From: Acidimicrobiia bacterium
GTDB lineage: Bacteria > Actinomycetota > Acidimicrobiia > Spongiisociales > ZC4RG35
Length of the DNA stretch: 64,000 nt
Reading direction: 5' to 3'
Assembly: GCA_026002975.1 (NCBI GenBank)
Contig: BPGJ01000005.1
Location: 74,693 to 138,692 of the forward strand
Below, one piece after another: positions 7,757 to 18,603 of this stretch. The notes under the pieces are model-generated. The model did no database searches. It was not told the DNA's origin and saw only the letters and a list, made by a program, of their open reading frames with translations. Position 1 is the stretch's first letter, and each line of letters opens with the position of its first letter. A program made the translations under genes and the position numbers.

Positions 7757-10346
7757 ATGCAGGAGACCTACGAGCCCAAAGACGTCGAAGCCGGCTGGTA
7801 CGAACGGTGGGAACGAGCCGGTCTGTTCCGGCCCGAATACCGCCCGGGCGGTGAGCCCTTCTGCGTCGTGATCCCCCCTCCCAACGTCACGGGATCGCTC
7901 CACATGGGCCACGCCCTGAACCACACCATCCACGACGTCGTGGTCCGCCGTAGGCGGATGCAGGGGTACGCGGTGCTGTGGCTGCCCGGCACCGACCACG
8001 CCGGTATCGCCACCCAGAACGTGGTGGAGAGGGAGCTCGCCGAGGAAGGCCTCACCCGACACGATCTGGGCAGAGATGCCTTCGTAGAGCGGGTGTGGGA
8101 GTGGAAACGCCGCTACGGCGACCGGATCAACCAGCAGATCCGGCGTATGGGCAACTCCTGCGACTGGACCCGTGAACGGTTCACCCTCGACGAAGGTCTA
8201 TCCCGGGCCGTCCGGGAGGTCTTCGTGAGGCTGTACGAGGAGGGCCTGGTCTATCGGGGCGACCGGATCATCAACTGGTGTCCTAGGTGCATGACCGCCC
8301 TGGCGGACATCGAGGTCGAACACTGGGACGAGGACGGCACACTCACATACATCCGCTACCCATTCGTCGAAGGCGACGGATCCCTGGTGGTCGCCACCAC
8401 CCGGCCCGAGACCATGCTGGGCGACACCGGCGTCGCCGTCCATCCCGACGACGGCCGCTACCGTCACCTGGTGGGTCGACGGGTCCGACTCCCCCTCATC
8501 GGTCGGGAGATCCCGGTGGTCGCCGACGAGGCGGTCGACCCCGAGTTCGGCACCGGGGTGGTCAAGGTGACCCCGGCCCACGACCCCCTCGACTTCGAGA
8601 TCGCCCAACGGCACGGACTTCCCCCCGTGAAGGTGATCGACGAGGAAGGGCGCATCACCGCCGAAGGCGGCCGGTTCGAAGGGATGGACCGGTTCGAGGC
8701 GCGGGGGGCGGTACTGAACGCATTGCAGGAACGAAGGGCTGGTCGAGAATGTCGAGTCCTACCGGCACTCGGTGGGCCACTGCTACCGATGCGACACGGT
8801 GGTCGAGCCGTTCTTGAGTCTCCAGTGGTTCGTAGCGATGGAGGACCTCGCCCGACCCGCCATCCAGGCGGTCCGAGACGGTTCCACCAGGTTCTTCCCC
8901 CGGCGCTGGGAGAAGCCGTACTTCCACTGGATGGAGAACCTGAAAGACTGGTGCATCAGCCGGCAGATCTGGTGGGGGCATCGGATCCCCGCCTGGTACT
9001 GCCCGGACGGTCACATCACCGTGGCCCGGGAGGATCCGCAGAGATGTGCAACCTGCTCGGCCGAGGAGCTGGTCCAAGACGAAGACGTCCTCGACACCTG
9101 GTTCAGCTCCGCGCTCTGGCCGTTCTCGACCCTGGGCTGGCCCGACGACACCGAGGACCTCGAGACGTTCTACCCCAACGCGCTGCTCATCACCGGTTTC
9201 GACATCATCTACTTCTGGGTGGCCCGCATGTTGATGATGGGGCTCCACTTCATGGGCGACGTTCCTTTCCGCCACACCGTCATCCATGGACTGATCCGGG
9301 ATGCCGACGGGGTCAAGATGTCCAAGTCGAGGGGCAACACCATCGACCCCCTGGAAGTGGTCGAAGAGCACGGGGCCGACCCTCTCCGCCTCGCGCTGAT
9401 CCAGTCGGCCAATCCGGGTCAGGATGTGATCTTCGACCTGGAGCGGGTGGCTGCAGCCCGCCGATTCGGCAACAAGGTGTGGAACGCCATCCGGTACACC
9501 CTGAGACACGTCGAACCTCGAAGTGTCCCACCGGAAGGCGGATACCCGTCGGAGCCGGGGCCGGTGGACCGGTGGATCCTGGGACGTCTCCACCAGGTGG
9601 CAGGCGAATTCGACCGGCTCTGCGACGAATACCGGTTCTCCGACGCCTTCGGACTGCTCTACAACTTCGCGTGGGCCGAGGTCTTCGACTGGTACGTCGA
9701 GATGTCGAAGACGATGCTGCGACGAGGCGACGGCGCCGACACCACCCGGGCGACCCTTGGGGTGGTGATGCGAGACCTCCTGAAGCTCCTCCATCCCGCC
9801 ATGCCCTACCTGACCGAGGAGCTGTGGTCCCACCTGGTCGGCGAGGGGCTGCTGGCCGGAGCCGGCTGGCCGGAGGTGCCCGCCTACCAGGGTCCCGAGG
9901 TGATGGACGACCTCAGGGATCTGGTGGCGGCGGTCCGACGGTTCCGGGCCGAACAGGGTCTCCCGGCCAAGACCCCGCTCCGGCTCTCTCTCCACGATCC
10001 GGACGGGAGACTGGAAGCCTGGGGAGAAGCTCTTCTCGAAGAACTGGCGTCGGTCGAGCTCGGTCGGGTCGATCGACCGCCCACCCGTGGCCACACCCGG
10101 GTGGTGGCGGGCTCCCTCCAGGCTTTCATTCCTCTGGAAGGTGTGATAGATCTCGAGGCGGAACGGCGGCGGTTGGAGGCGGCTCTGGCCGAAGCGGAAG
10201 CCGACTTGCAGCGGGCGGAGGCCAAACTGTCGAATCCCCAGTTCCTCGAACGGGCCCCGGCCGAGGTGGTCGAGAAGGAGAAGACCAAACGGGCCGAACT
10301 GAGCGAGCTCGTCGAGAAGCTCCGCGGCCAACTGGCGGTACTGTGA
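7757..10346 (+). CDS. valS: valine--tRNA ligase, reading frame interrupted by one extra base near 8718-8738
   Basis: Frame 2 holds the N-terminal part ('[14 protein letters not shown]', '...[13 protein letters not shown]'). Frame 3 continues '(N)[26 protein letters not shown]...KMSKS...' to a coiled-coil C-terminus. Span is 2590 nt = 3n+1. Confidence 0.9.
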
Positions 10347-11660
10347 GCGGCCCGGATCTGACCTACGGCGAGGCGGTCGCCTACCTGGACTCGCACATAG
10401 GGCGGGGGATGAAGCCCGGGCTGGAGCGGATCACCGCCCTCATGGAGATGATGGGGAACCCCCAGGACTCCTACCCGATCATCCACGTCGCGGGGACCAA
10501 CGGCAAGACGTCGGTTACCAGGATGGCCACCCTGCTGCTCGTGGCTCACGGTCTCACCACCGGTACCTTCATCTCACCGCACCTCGAACGGATCGAGGAG
10601 CGGATGACCGTCAACGGGCAGCCGACCTCACCGGACGACTTCGCTCGGGCCATCTCCGACGTCAAGGCCTTCGCCGACCTTTTCGAACGCCAACGGAAGC
10701 TCACCTACTTCGAGTTGATCACCGCAGCCGGGCTGGGGTGGTTCGCCGACCAGGCGGTCGACGCCGCCGTCGTCGAGGTCGGCCTGGGGGGAAGACTCGA
10801 CGCGACCAACGTCTGCCACGGCGAGGTGGCAGTACTCACCGGGGTGGGCCTCGACCACACCGAATACCTGGGTAGCACTCCCGAGGAGATAGCCGCCGAG
10901 AAGCTGGCGATCACCGAACCCGAATCCGTGCTGGTGGTCGGGCCGGTCATCCCCGAGGTGGGACGGCTGGCCCGCCGAGTCGCGGCGGAGCGATCCGCCA
11001 CCATCTGGGAATACGGCACCCACTTCAAGGTGGCCGAAGCTCGTCGCGGGGTCGGGGGATGGCAGCTCACGGTGGAAGCGGTCCATGGGCGTTACGAGGA
11101 TCTCTTCCTCCCGGTCCACGGTCGGCATCAGACCATCAACCTGGCGGTGGCGATCGCAGCGGTAGAGGGTCTACTGGGACGTGAGCTGTCCTCCCAGGCA
11201 GTCGAGGAAGCCGTGTCGGTCGTCACCACCCCGGGAAGGATGGAGATCGTCGCTCGTCGGCCCTTGGTGATGCTGGACGGGGCTCACAACCCGGACGCCT
11301 TCAAGGCTCTCGGGTACTCGCTGTCCGAGGAGTTCCCGACATCCGAGTGGGTGGTGGTCATGGGGGTGATGGCCGACAAGGACCTGGGGTCGATGATCCC
11401 CGCACTCCCCAGGATCCGCAGGGTGGTCGCGACTTCGGTGGAGTCCCCCCCGGGCGCTCTCGTCGGACGTGCTGGCCAAGGAACTCAAGACCCTGGTAGA
11501 CGTCCCGGTCGACCAGATCCCCAACCGCCGGGAAGCGATCGAGACCGCCCGGGAGCTGGCCGGGCCGGACGGCGCAGTCCTGGTGACCGGGTCGCTGTAT
11601 CTGGTGGGGGCGGTGCGGGCCCTGCTGGCGGGGGGCGAGGCCCAGATCAACGAAAGGTGA
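10343..11660 (+). CDS. folC: bifunctional folylpolyglutamate synthase / dihydrofolate synthase, frame interrupted at a C7 run (11445-11451)
   Basis: GTG at 10343 in a GTGA overlap with the valS stop. '[10 protein letters not shown]' P-loop in frame 2. C-terminus '[13 protein letters not shown]...[14 protein letters not shown]' in frame 3. Span is 1318 nt = 3n+1. Confidence 0.88.
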
Positions 11661-11682
11661 TTCCCGGCTAACGTCGCCGCTC

Positions 11683-12087
11683 ATGGCATCGGAACGAACC
11701 TTCGTGATGGTCAAACCCGATGGGGTCGCTCGCGGTCTGGTCGGAGAGGTGATCAGCCGACTCGAGCGGAAGGGTCTGAAGCTGGAGAAGCTGAAGATGA
11801 CCTCGGTGGACGAGCGCCTCGCCCGGGAACACTACGCAGAACACGTGGACAAGCCGTTCTTCCCCGAACTCCTGTCGTTCATAACCAGCGGCCCGGTGGT
11901 GGCGATGGAATGGTCGGGGGAGGCGGCGGTGTCGGTGGTCCGCACCCTGATGGGGCCCACCAACCCGGTGGAGGCACCTCCCGGGACGATTCGGGGTGAC
12001 TACGGCTTGGCGATCACCGAGAACCTCGTGCACGGATCCGACTCACCGGAGAGCGCCGAGCGGGAACTTCGCATCTGGTTCGGCTGA
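11683..12087 (+). CDS. ndk: nucleoside-diphosphate kinase
   Basis: 134 aa; '[12 protein letters not shown]...NLVHGSDS'. Confidence 0.95.
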   Translation: MASERTFVMVKPDGVARGLVGEVISRLERKGLKLEKLKMTSVDERLAREHYAEHVDKPFFPELLSFITSGPVVAMEWSGEAAVSVVRTLMGPTNPVEAPPGTIRGDYGLAITENLVHGSDSPESAERELRIWFG

Positions 12088-12152
12088 ATCGGGTTGCTCG
12101 GAGGGGGGTGTTACTCCCTAGACTCTGGGGCTGAACCCGTCCGGGAGCCCCC

Positions 12153-13184
12153 GTGGTCGACAGCCTCTTTTCGTTCGCAGGCCAGGACATGGCCATAGAC
12201 CTAGGAACCGCCAACACCCTCGTGTTCGTGAGGGGAGAGGGGATCGTGCTCAACGAACCCTCGGTGGTGGCGATCAACGTCCAGAACGGACGCGCCCTGG
12301 CGGTCGGGATGGAAGCGAAGCGGATGATCGGACGCACCCCGGCCAACATCCAGGCCATCCGTCCGCTCCGAGACGGGGTGATCGCCGACTTCGAGATAAC
12401 CGAGAAGATGCTCCGTTACTTCATCCAGAAGGTGCATCGGCGGCGATGGGCTCGGCCACGCATAGTGGTCTGCGTCCCCTCGGGGATCACTCCTGTGGAG
12501 CGTCGAGCCGTGGAGGAGGCGGCGTACCACGCCGGGGCTCGAAGGGCCTACACCATCGAGGAGCCGATGGCCGCGGCCATCGGGTGTGGGCTTCCGATCG
12601 CGGAACCCTCCGGGTCGATGGTGGTCGACATCGGGGGTGGTACCACAGAGGTGGCGGTCATCTCGCTGGGAGGGATCGTGGTGTCCCGGTCCATAAGGGT
12701 GGGGGGCGACGAGATGGACGAAGCCATCATCGAATGGGTCAAGAAGGAATACAACGTGCTGCTGGGCGAGCGCACCGCCGAGCAGCTGAAGATGGCTATC
12801 GGGTCGGCCTGGCCCCGTCCCGACGAGCCGGCCGCCGAGGTGAGGGGACGTGACCTCGTGACGGGTTTGCCGAAGACCATCCTCCTCACTTCCCCCGAGA
12901 TCCGTGAGGCGATCGAGGAACCCACCCAGGCGATCGTCGACGCGGTGAAGTACACCCTCGACAAGACGCCTCCCGAGCTGGCCGCCGACATCATGGAGAG
13001 GGGCATCTGGTTGACCGGGGGAGGTGCGCTGTTGGAGGGGCTCGACCAGCGTCTCGCGGTCGAGACCGGGATGCCGATCGTCACTGCGGCCAAGCCCCTA
13101 CAGTCGGTGGTGCTCGGGTCAGGCAAGTGTCTCGAGGAGTTCGAGACGCTCCATCACGTCCTGGTCTCGTCGTCCAGACCCTGA
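12153..13184 (+). CDS. mreB: rod shape-determining protein MreB
   Basis: 343 aa; '[14 protein letters not shown]...[18 protein letters not shown]'. Followed by mreC and mreD. Confidence 0.95.
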   Translation: MVDSLFSFAGQDMAIDLGTANTLVFVRGEGIVLNEPSVVAINVQNGRALAVGMEAKRMIGRTPANIQAIRPLRDGVIADFEITEKMLRYFIQKVHRRRWARPRIVVCVPSGITPVERRAVEEAAYHAGARRAYTIEEPMAAAIGCGLPIAEPSGSMVVDIGGGTTEVAVISLGGIVVSRSIRVGGDEMDEAIIEWVKKEYNVLLGERTAEQLKMAIGSAWPRPDEPAAEVRGRDLVTGLPKTILLTSPEIREAIEEPTQAIVDAVKYTLDKTPPELAADIMERGIWLTGGGALLEGLDQRLAVETGMPIVTAAKPLQSVVLGSGKCLEEFETLHHVLVSSSRP

Positions 13185-13208
13185 TCTTTGTTTCGGAGGT
13201 CGAGCCCC

Positions 13209-14075
13209 ATGCGTGAGCAGAGCGTCGACCGTACGGTTCCCGTGGCGGTGACCCTCGTGGTGTTGGCCCTGGTGGTGATGACCTTCGATGTTCGGGCCGA
13301 CGGGAGAGGTGTGGTGGGCACCTTCCGTTCGGGTGTCAACCAGGTGTTGGCGCCGTTCCAGGCCGCAGCCAGCGCCGTCGTCGATCCGCTCGCCGACCTG
13401 GTCGACGGCATAGGCGACCTTGCGGGACTTCGAGCCGAGAACCAGGCCCTCCGAGCGCGACTCGCGGCCGCCCAGGCCGAACTCGCTTCGGTGGAGGACC
13501 AGCTCGAGCGGTTGGAGGTTCTGGAAGCCCTGCTCGACCTCGAGTTGGACCTGACCGAGCTGACCGTAACCCACGCCAACGTGATCGGGCGCACCGACTC
13601 TTTCGATCTGTCCTTCCGGATCGACAAGGGAGAGGAGTCCGGGGTGTTGGCGGGGCATCCGGTGTTGGACCAGAACGGGTATCTGGTGGGGAGGGTGGTC
13701 GAATCGTGGCGGGGAGGCGCGATCGTCGTTCCCTTGATCGGCGACAGGAATGCTGTCACCGTGGGTGTGGGCGACCAGACCGGCACCCTCTCGGCGGTGA
13801 TCGGGTCCGACGAAATGGTCCTGGAGGTGTTCGAAACCGCCCGGCCGGTGCGGGCCGGTGACCAGGTCGTCACCTCTCCGTTCTCGGCGGTGTTTCCTCC
13901 TTCGATACCGGTGGGGGAGATAATCGAAGACGCCGAGCCGGAAGGACAGGCCCTGACGGCCCGGGTCCGTCCATATTCGGACCCGACCCGCCTCCGCGCG
14001 GTGGCTGTGGTCGCCTGGCCGATCGAACCGGCGGTGCCGGCGGCAGAGGGCGAGGCGGGGAACCCCGGCGGATGA
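13209..14075 (+). CDS. mreC: rod shape-determining protein MreC
   Basis: N-terminal TM, coiled-coil 'ENQALRARLAAAQAEL', beta-rich C-terminus, position after mreB. ATG 13209 has GGAGG 9 nt upstream; the track ORF starts at TTG 13188. Confidence 0.82.
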   Translation: MREQSVDRTVPVAVTLVVLALVVMTFDVRADGRGVVGTFRSGVNQVLAPFQAAASAVVDPLADLVDGIGDLAGLRAENQALRARLAAAQAELASVEDQLERLEVLEALLDLELDLTELTVTHANVIGRTDSFDLSFRIDKGEESGVLAGHPVLDQNGYLVGRVVESWRGGAIVVPLIGDRNAVTVGVGDQTGTLSAVIGSDEMVLEVFETARPVRAGDQVVTSPFSAVFPPSIPVGEIIEDAEPEGQALTARVRPYSDPTRLRAVAVVAWPIEPAVPAAEGEAGNPGG

Positions 14076-14572
14076 AGGACGGTCGCCGCCCCCTGCTGGT
14101 GGCGTTGGCGGTGGGGGCGGCGCTCCTCCTGCAGGTGACCCTGTTCGGCCGGGTCCGGGTGGCGGGGATCGCCCCCGACCTGGTGGTGTTGGTCGCCATC
14201 CTCGCCACTCTCCGGCTGCGGAACGAGACGGCCCTGTTGGTGGCGTTCGGCGCCGGTCTCGTGTTCGACGCCCTGTCGGCGACCGCGGTGGGTCTCCGGG
14301 CGCTCAGCTACACCCTCGTCGTCTACGTGGCGATCCGCACCCGCGACCGGGCCGATGCCGGGCCGTTCTCGGTGGCGGTGTGGGTGGGTCTCCTCTCCCT
14401 GCTGGGTGCGGTCCTGTTCCTGGTGATCGGTACCATCTTCGGGCAGGTCGGTCTCGAACCGGAGCAGGCGATGCGACGTCTCCTCGTGCTTCCCGTGCTG
14501 AACACCGCGGTGGCGATGCTGCTTACCCCGTTGGTGGCGAGGCTACTGGAACCCGACAGGAGGGTCTGGTGA
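14072..14572 (+). CDS. mreD: rod shape-determining protein MreD
   Basis: 166-aa polytopic membrane protein, ATGA-coupled to mreC; assigned mainly by position. Confidence 0.75.
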   Translation: MKDGRRPLLVALAVGAALLLQVTLFGRVRVAGIAPDLVVLVAILATLRLRNETALLVAFGAGLVFDALSATAVGLRALSYTLVVYVAIRTRDRADAGPFSVAVWVGLLSLLGAVLFLVIGTIFGQVGLEPEQAMRRLLVLPVLNTAVAMLLTPLVARLLEPDRRVW

Positions 14573-16536
14573 GTCTGGCTTCCCGAGTCGCCGTGCTGTT
14601 CGCGGTCTGCCTCGCCCTCTTCGGGCTTCTGGGCATGCGCCTGTGGTTCATCCAGGTAGCCGAAGGCGCCGAGGCGGCGGAGGTGACCGAGAACCAGTCG
14701 TGGGTCGAGATCGACACTCCGGCACCGCGGGGGGACATTCGGGACAGGAAAGGCGAGCCTCTGGTCACTTCGCGTTTCGTGCCCGCCGTCGTGGTGGATC
14801 GCCACTTGGTCACACGGGACCAGAAGGACGTCCTCATCCAGCGCCTCTCGGCCCTGTTGGCGATCCCGGCCGAGGAGATCGCCGAGATGTACGACGCGGC
14901 GGGAGTCAACGGGGTGTTCCCGGTGGCCACGGTCGACTCCGTCACCGCCTACCAGATCAAGGAGAACCTGAGGCAGTTCCCCGGGGTGCGGATCGAGAAG
15001 ATCCCCCAGCGGGTGTATCTGGTGGGTGACACCCTGGCCCACGTCATAGGCCAGCTCGGTTTGCCCGACGCCCAGGATCTCGAAGAGAGGCCCGAGCTGG
15101 ATCCCAACGTCCGGATCGGCCAGTCGGGTGTGGAAGCGGTCTACGACCGGTACCTGTCTGGGGAGCCCGGGTCGATCGCATACAGGGTGGCGAACGGGGA
15201 GATCGTGGTGGAGAACCGGGAGGTGCCCGCCACACCCGGCGCGACCGTCTACCTCACGGTCGACCTGGCTCTGCAGGAGATCGTCGAGCAAGCGCTCCGG
15301 GACGGGATCGCTCTCTCCAACGAGTGGAAACAGCAGAGGCGGGCCGACGGGTTCACCGACGGGGTACGCAACGAGACCACCCGGGGTGCGGCGGTGGTGT
15401 TGGACGCCAAGACCGGTGCGGTGGTGGCGATGGCGTCGGTCCCCACCTACGATCCTTCCCTGTTCGTCGCCGGTATCGACGAAGAGGTGTACCGGCAGCT
15501 GACCGAGCAGAAGGCCTTCCTCAACCTGGCCAGCGCCGGGCTGTATCCGCCGGCGTCCACCTTCAAGGCGATCACCTACATGGCTGCGCTGGAGAACGAC
15601 ATCCCCCTCCCGCAAGGAGTGGAGGGCGTGGATCCCTCGTCGGGTCTGGTCCACTGTGACGGGAGGCTGGAGCTGTCGACCCTCGACGACGGGAGCCCTC
15701 AGGTGTTTCTCGACTGGTACCAGGGGGACAAGGGCTGGCTCGACCTGCATGGGGCGTTCGAGCAGTCCTGCAACATCTACTTCTACTCCCTGGCTCTGGG
15801 TGTCTGGCAGAACTGGAAGCGGACTCCACGGGAGACCGTCATCCAGGACCTGGCTCGACGGCTCGGGCTCGGTAGCCCGACGGGTGTGGATCTGACCAGC
15901 GACCCGACGGGGATCGTCCCTGACCGGGAACTGTTCCTCGCCTGGCAGGAACGGCAGAGGGAGGATCCCGAGGCGCCGCGTCTGCTCGATCCCAGCCGCC
16001 TCGAGCTGGATGATCCATGGTTCGGCGGAGACCTCATGAACGTCGCCATAGGGCAGGGCGCCCTGGCGGTCACTCCGCTCCAGATGGCGGTCGCCTACGC
16101 GGCCCTGACGAACGGAGGGACGGTATGGCGTCCATACGTGGTCGAGCAGATCCGCGACGATGGACGCATGCTCTTCGCCAACGGTCCCGAAGCCGCAGCC
16201 CAGGTGTCTCTCGACCCCGCCAACGTCGAGTCCCTGCTCACCGACCTGAACCGGGTGGTCACCCGGGGCACCGCGGCGGCGGCCTTCGCCGGATTCGGGG
16301 ATTCGCTTTCCCGGGTGGGAGGCAAGACCGGTACGGGACAGTCCCTCGCCAACCTCGACGATCATGCCTGGTTCATCGGGGTGGCACCCATCGACGACCC
16401 CCGATACGTGGTGGTCGTGTTGATCGAGGAAGGCGGGTCGGGTGGCGCGGTGGCCGCCCCGGTGGCCCGATACATAATGCAGTACCTGATGGGGGAGGAG
16501 CTGGACCCGATCGTGGCGGGAGCCGCAGCGCAATGA
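14569..16536 (+). CDS. mrdA: penicillin-binding protein 2 (elongasome transpeptidase)
   Basis: GTG 14569 in a GTGA overlap with mreD. TM 'VAVLFAVCLALFGLL'. Motifs 'STFK', 'SCN', 'KTGT'. The track ORF start at 14380 lies inside mreD. Confidence 0.88.
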   Translation: MSLASRVAVLFAVCLALFGLLGMRLWFIQVAEGAEAAEVTENQSWVEIDTPAPRGDIRDRKGEPLVTSRFVPAVVVDRHLVTRDQKDVLIQRLSALLAIPAEEIAEMYDAAGVNGVFPVATVDSVTAYQIKENLRQFPGVRIEKIPQRVYLVGDTLAHVIGQLGLPDAQDLEERPELDPNVRIGQSGVEAVYDRYLSGEPGSIAYRVANGEIVVENREVPATPGATVYLTVDLALQEIVEQALRDGIALSNEWKQQRRADGFTDGVRNETTRGAAVVLDAKTGAVVAMASVPTYDPSLFVAGIDEEVYRQLTEQKAFLNLASAGLYPPASTFKAITYMAALENDIPLPQGVEGVDPSSGLVHCDGRLELSTLDDGSPQVFLDWYQGDKGWLDLHGAFEQSCNIYFYSLALGVWQNWKRTPRETVIQDLARRLGLGSPTGVDLTSDPTGIVPDRELFLAWQERQREDPEAPRLLDPSRLELDDPWFGGDLMNVAIGQGALAVTPLQMAVAYAALTNGGTVWRPYVVEQIRDDGRMLFANGPEAAAQVSLDPANVESLLTDLNRVVTRGTAAAAFAGFGDSLSRVGGKTGTGQSLANLDDHAWFIGVAPIDDPRYVVVVLIEEGGSGGAVAAPVARYIMQYLMGEELDPIVAGAAAQ

Positions 16537-16546
16537 GGAGGCGACC

Positions 16547-17710
16547 ATGGCGACGCTGACCCGGGTGAGGATCGAACCGGCGGTCGAAGGAAGGGCGAAC
16601 AGGCCCGACTATGTGCTCCTCTCGGCGGTGGTGGCCCTCTCCGGCTTCGGGCTCCTGATGATCTACTCGGCGACCCGATACGTGCTCGAGCGGTCCGACC
16701 TGCCCCCTTCCTTCTCGATGGAGCGTCAAATGGTGTTCGTCACCATCGGCCTGATCGCCATGCTGCTGCTCTCCCGAGTCGACTATCGGGAGTACCGCAA
16801 CTATCTCCCGATCATCTATGGGGTCACGCTGCTGCTGCTGGTGGTGGTGTTCGCCTTTCCGCCGGTCAACGGAGCCCGCCGGTGGATCCCGCTTCCTCTC
16901 TTCCAGTTCCAGCCCGCCGAGTTCGCCAAACTGGTGGTGATCGTGGCCGCTGCCCAAGTCCTGGCTTCCAACGAGGAGGGGACCCGGCTTCCCTGGGCGA
17001 CCCTCCTCCGTTCGGGGGTCCTGGTAGGCGTGCCTTTCGTACTCATCTTCCTGGAACCCGACCTGGGAACCACCATGGTCCTGCCGTTCGTGTGGGCGGC
17101 GATGCTCTTCGCGGCGGGCGCCGGATGGCGCCAGCTCGGGTCGCTGTTCGTGTTGGGAGTGGTGGGAACCTTCACCGTCTTTCGGTTGGGGGTTCTGAAA
17201 GGTCATCAGATGGACCGGATCCGGGTCTTCCTAGACCCGAGCATCGACCCTCAGGGGATCGGGTACCAGCTTCGGCAGTCCAAACTGGCGATCGGGTCCG
17301 GTCAACTGTTCGGCAAGGGCCTGTTCCAGGGGACCCAGACCAACCTGTCGTACGTCCCGGAACAGGAGACCGACTTCATATTCACCGCGGTGGGCGAGCA
17401 GCTCGGTTTGGTCGGCGGGTTACTGGTCCTGGCTGCGTTCCTGGTGATCGTCTGGCGTCTGATGGTGATCGCGGTGTCGGCTCGTGACCGGTTCGGGTCG
17501 CTCATAGCGGTCGGTATCGCCGCCTTGATCATGTTCCACACTTTCGTCAACATCGGCATGACCATGGGCATCGCCCCGGTCACCGGGCTTCCGCTTCCGT
17601 TCCTCTCCCAGGGCGGTTCCTTCTACGTAGCCATGGCGATGGGCATCGGGATAGCCAACTCCATCTGGCTGAGGCGTTCCCCTGTCCCCGGCGTGGTCCG
17701 TTCCGGCTAG
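16547..17710 (+). CDS. rodA: FtsW/RodA/SpoVE family peptidoglycan polymerase
   Basis: 387-aa polytopic protein; 'FQPAEFAKL', 'TDFIFTAVGEQLG', 'LPFLSQGGS'. Follows mrdA. Confidence 0.9.
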   Translation: MATLTRVRIEPAVEGRANRPDYVLLSAVVALSGFGLLMIYSATRYVLERSDLPPSFSMERQMVFVTIGLIAMLLLSRVDYREYRNYLPIIYGVTLLLLVVVFAFPPVNGARRWIPLPLFQFQPAEFAKLVVIVAAAQVLASNEEGTRLPWATLLRSGVLVGVPFVLIFLEPDLGTTMVLPFVWAAMLFAAGAGWRQLGSLFVLGVVGTFTVFRLGVLKGHQMDRIRVFLDPSIDPQGIGYQLRQSKLAIGSGQLFGKGLFQGTQTNLSYVPEQETDFIFTAVGEQLGLVGGLLVLAAFLVIVWRLMVIAVSARDRFGSLIAVGIAALIMFHTFVNIGMTMGIAPVTGLPLPFLSQGGSFYVAMAMGIGIANSIWLRRSPVPGVVRSG

Positions 17711-17721
17711 GTTGCCTGGGC

Positions 17722-18303
17722 GTGTTCAGGCATCCCACCGCAGGTTGGATCGAGGTGATCTGCGGACCCATGTTCTCGGGAAAGAGCGAAGAGCTCATCC
17801 GAAGGGCGACCCGGGCCAAGATCGCCAGGATCGGTGTCCAGATCTTCAAACCGAGGATCGACAGCCGCTACGGACACGACGTGGTGGTCTCCCACTCCGC
17901 CCTGAAGGTCGACGCCGTGCCGGTCGCCGACTCTTCGGAGCTGGCTGCTTCCCTGGTCGATGGCACCCAGGTGGTCGGCATCGACGAAGCCCAGTTCTTC
18001 GACGCCGGGCTGGTCGAAGTCTGCGAGAGGCTCGCCCACGATGGGCTGCGGGTGATCGTGGCGGGCCTCGACCTCGATTATCTGAGAAGGCCGTTCGAGC
18101 CGATACCCACCCTCTGCGGGAGGGCCGAGTACGTAACCAAGATGCTGGCGGTTTGTCACCGCTGTGGCGGTCCCGCTCTCTACACCCAGCGCCTGGTCTC
18201 CTCGGACGAGCTGGTCGTTCTGGGGTCTCGAGGGACCTACGAGGCTCGTTGCAGGATGTGTTATCGGCCCGGCGAACCCGAACAGCCCCCACTCGACATC
18301 TGA
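17722..18303 (+). CDS. tdk: thymidine kinase
   Basis: 193 aa; 'GPMFSGKSEEL', 'VGIDEAQFF', C-terminal Zn ribbon 'CHRCG...CRMC'. Confidence 0.92.
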   Translation: MFRHPTAGWIEVICGPMFSGKSEELIRRATRAKIARIGVQIFKPRIDSRYGHDVVVSHSALKVDAVPVADSSELAASLVDGTQVVGIDEAQFFDAGLVEVCERLAHDGLRVIVAGLDLDYLRRPFEPIPTLCGRAEYVTKMLAVCHRCGGPALYTQRLVSSDELVVLGSRGTYEARCRMCYRPGEPEQPPLDI

Positions 18304-18603
18304 GGGTCGTTTCCGCAGCCGAGGACTGCTGCTACCCTGACTAGCGGTGCCACCCGAGGTGGCGCCAGCGAACGTGGTACCAGGAGCAAGCGGACATGGG
18401 GTCCGCGGCGCCGGTCACGATCCACTCCGCCGCACGGCCCAAGCCAGGATCGCGGCCGGGATTTCGGCGATCGTCGCCCCCACGTCACCGAAGCTCCCAG
18501 GAGTGTTTACCCATGCCGTGTCGACCGCTGTGCAGAACCGAATTCACCTGGAGCATGGCGGCACCACGCGTTGTGATCCATCCCGAGCCAGGACGAGGAG
18601 ACC

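Noticed and set aside
7757-11671. 1304-aa ORF suggesting a giant ValRS-FolC fusion protein
   Set aside because: Only its first roughly 325 aa (ValRS) and its residues from about 863 (FolC) look like real protein. The middle is Arg/Pro/Gly-rich nonsense read out of frame across valS, and the true ValRS continuation is in frame 3 (8772-10346 ORF). The fusion arises from a 1-nt indel plus the scarcity of stop codons in GC-rich DNA.
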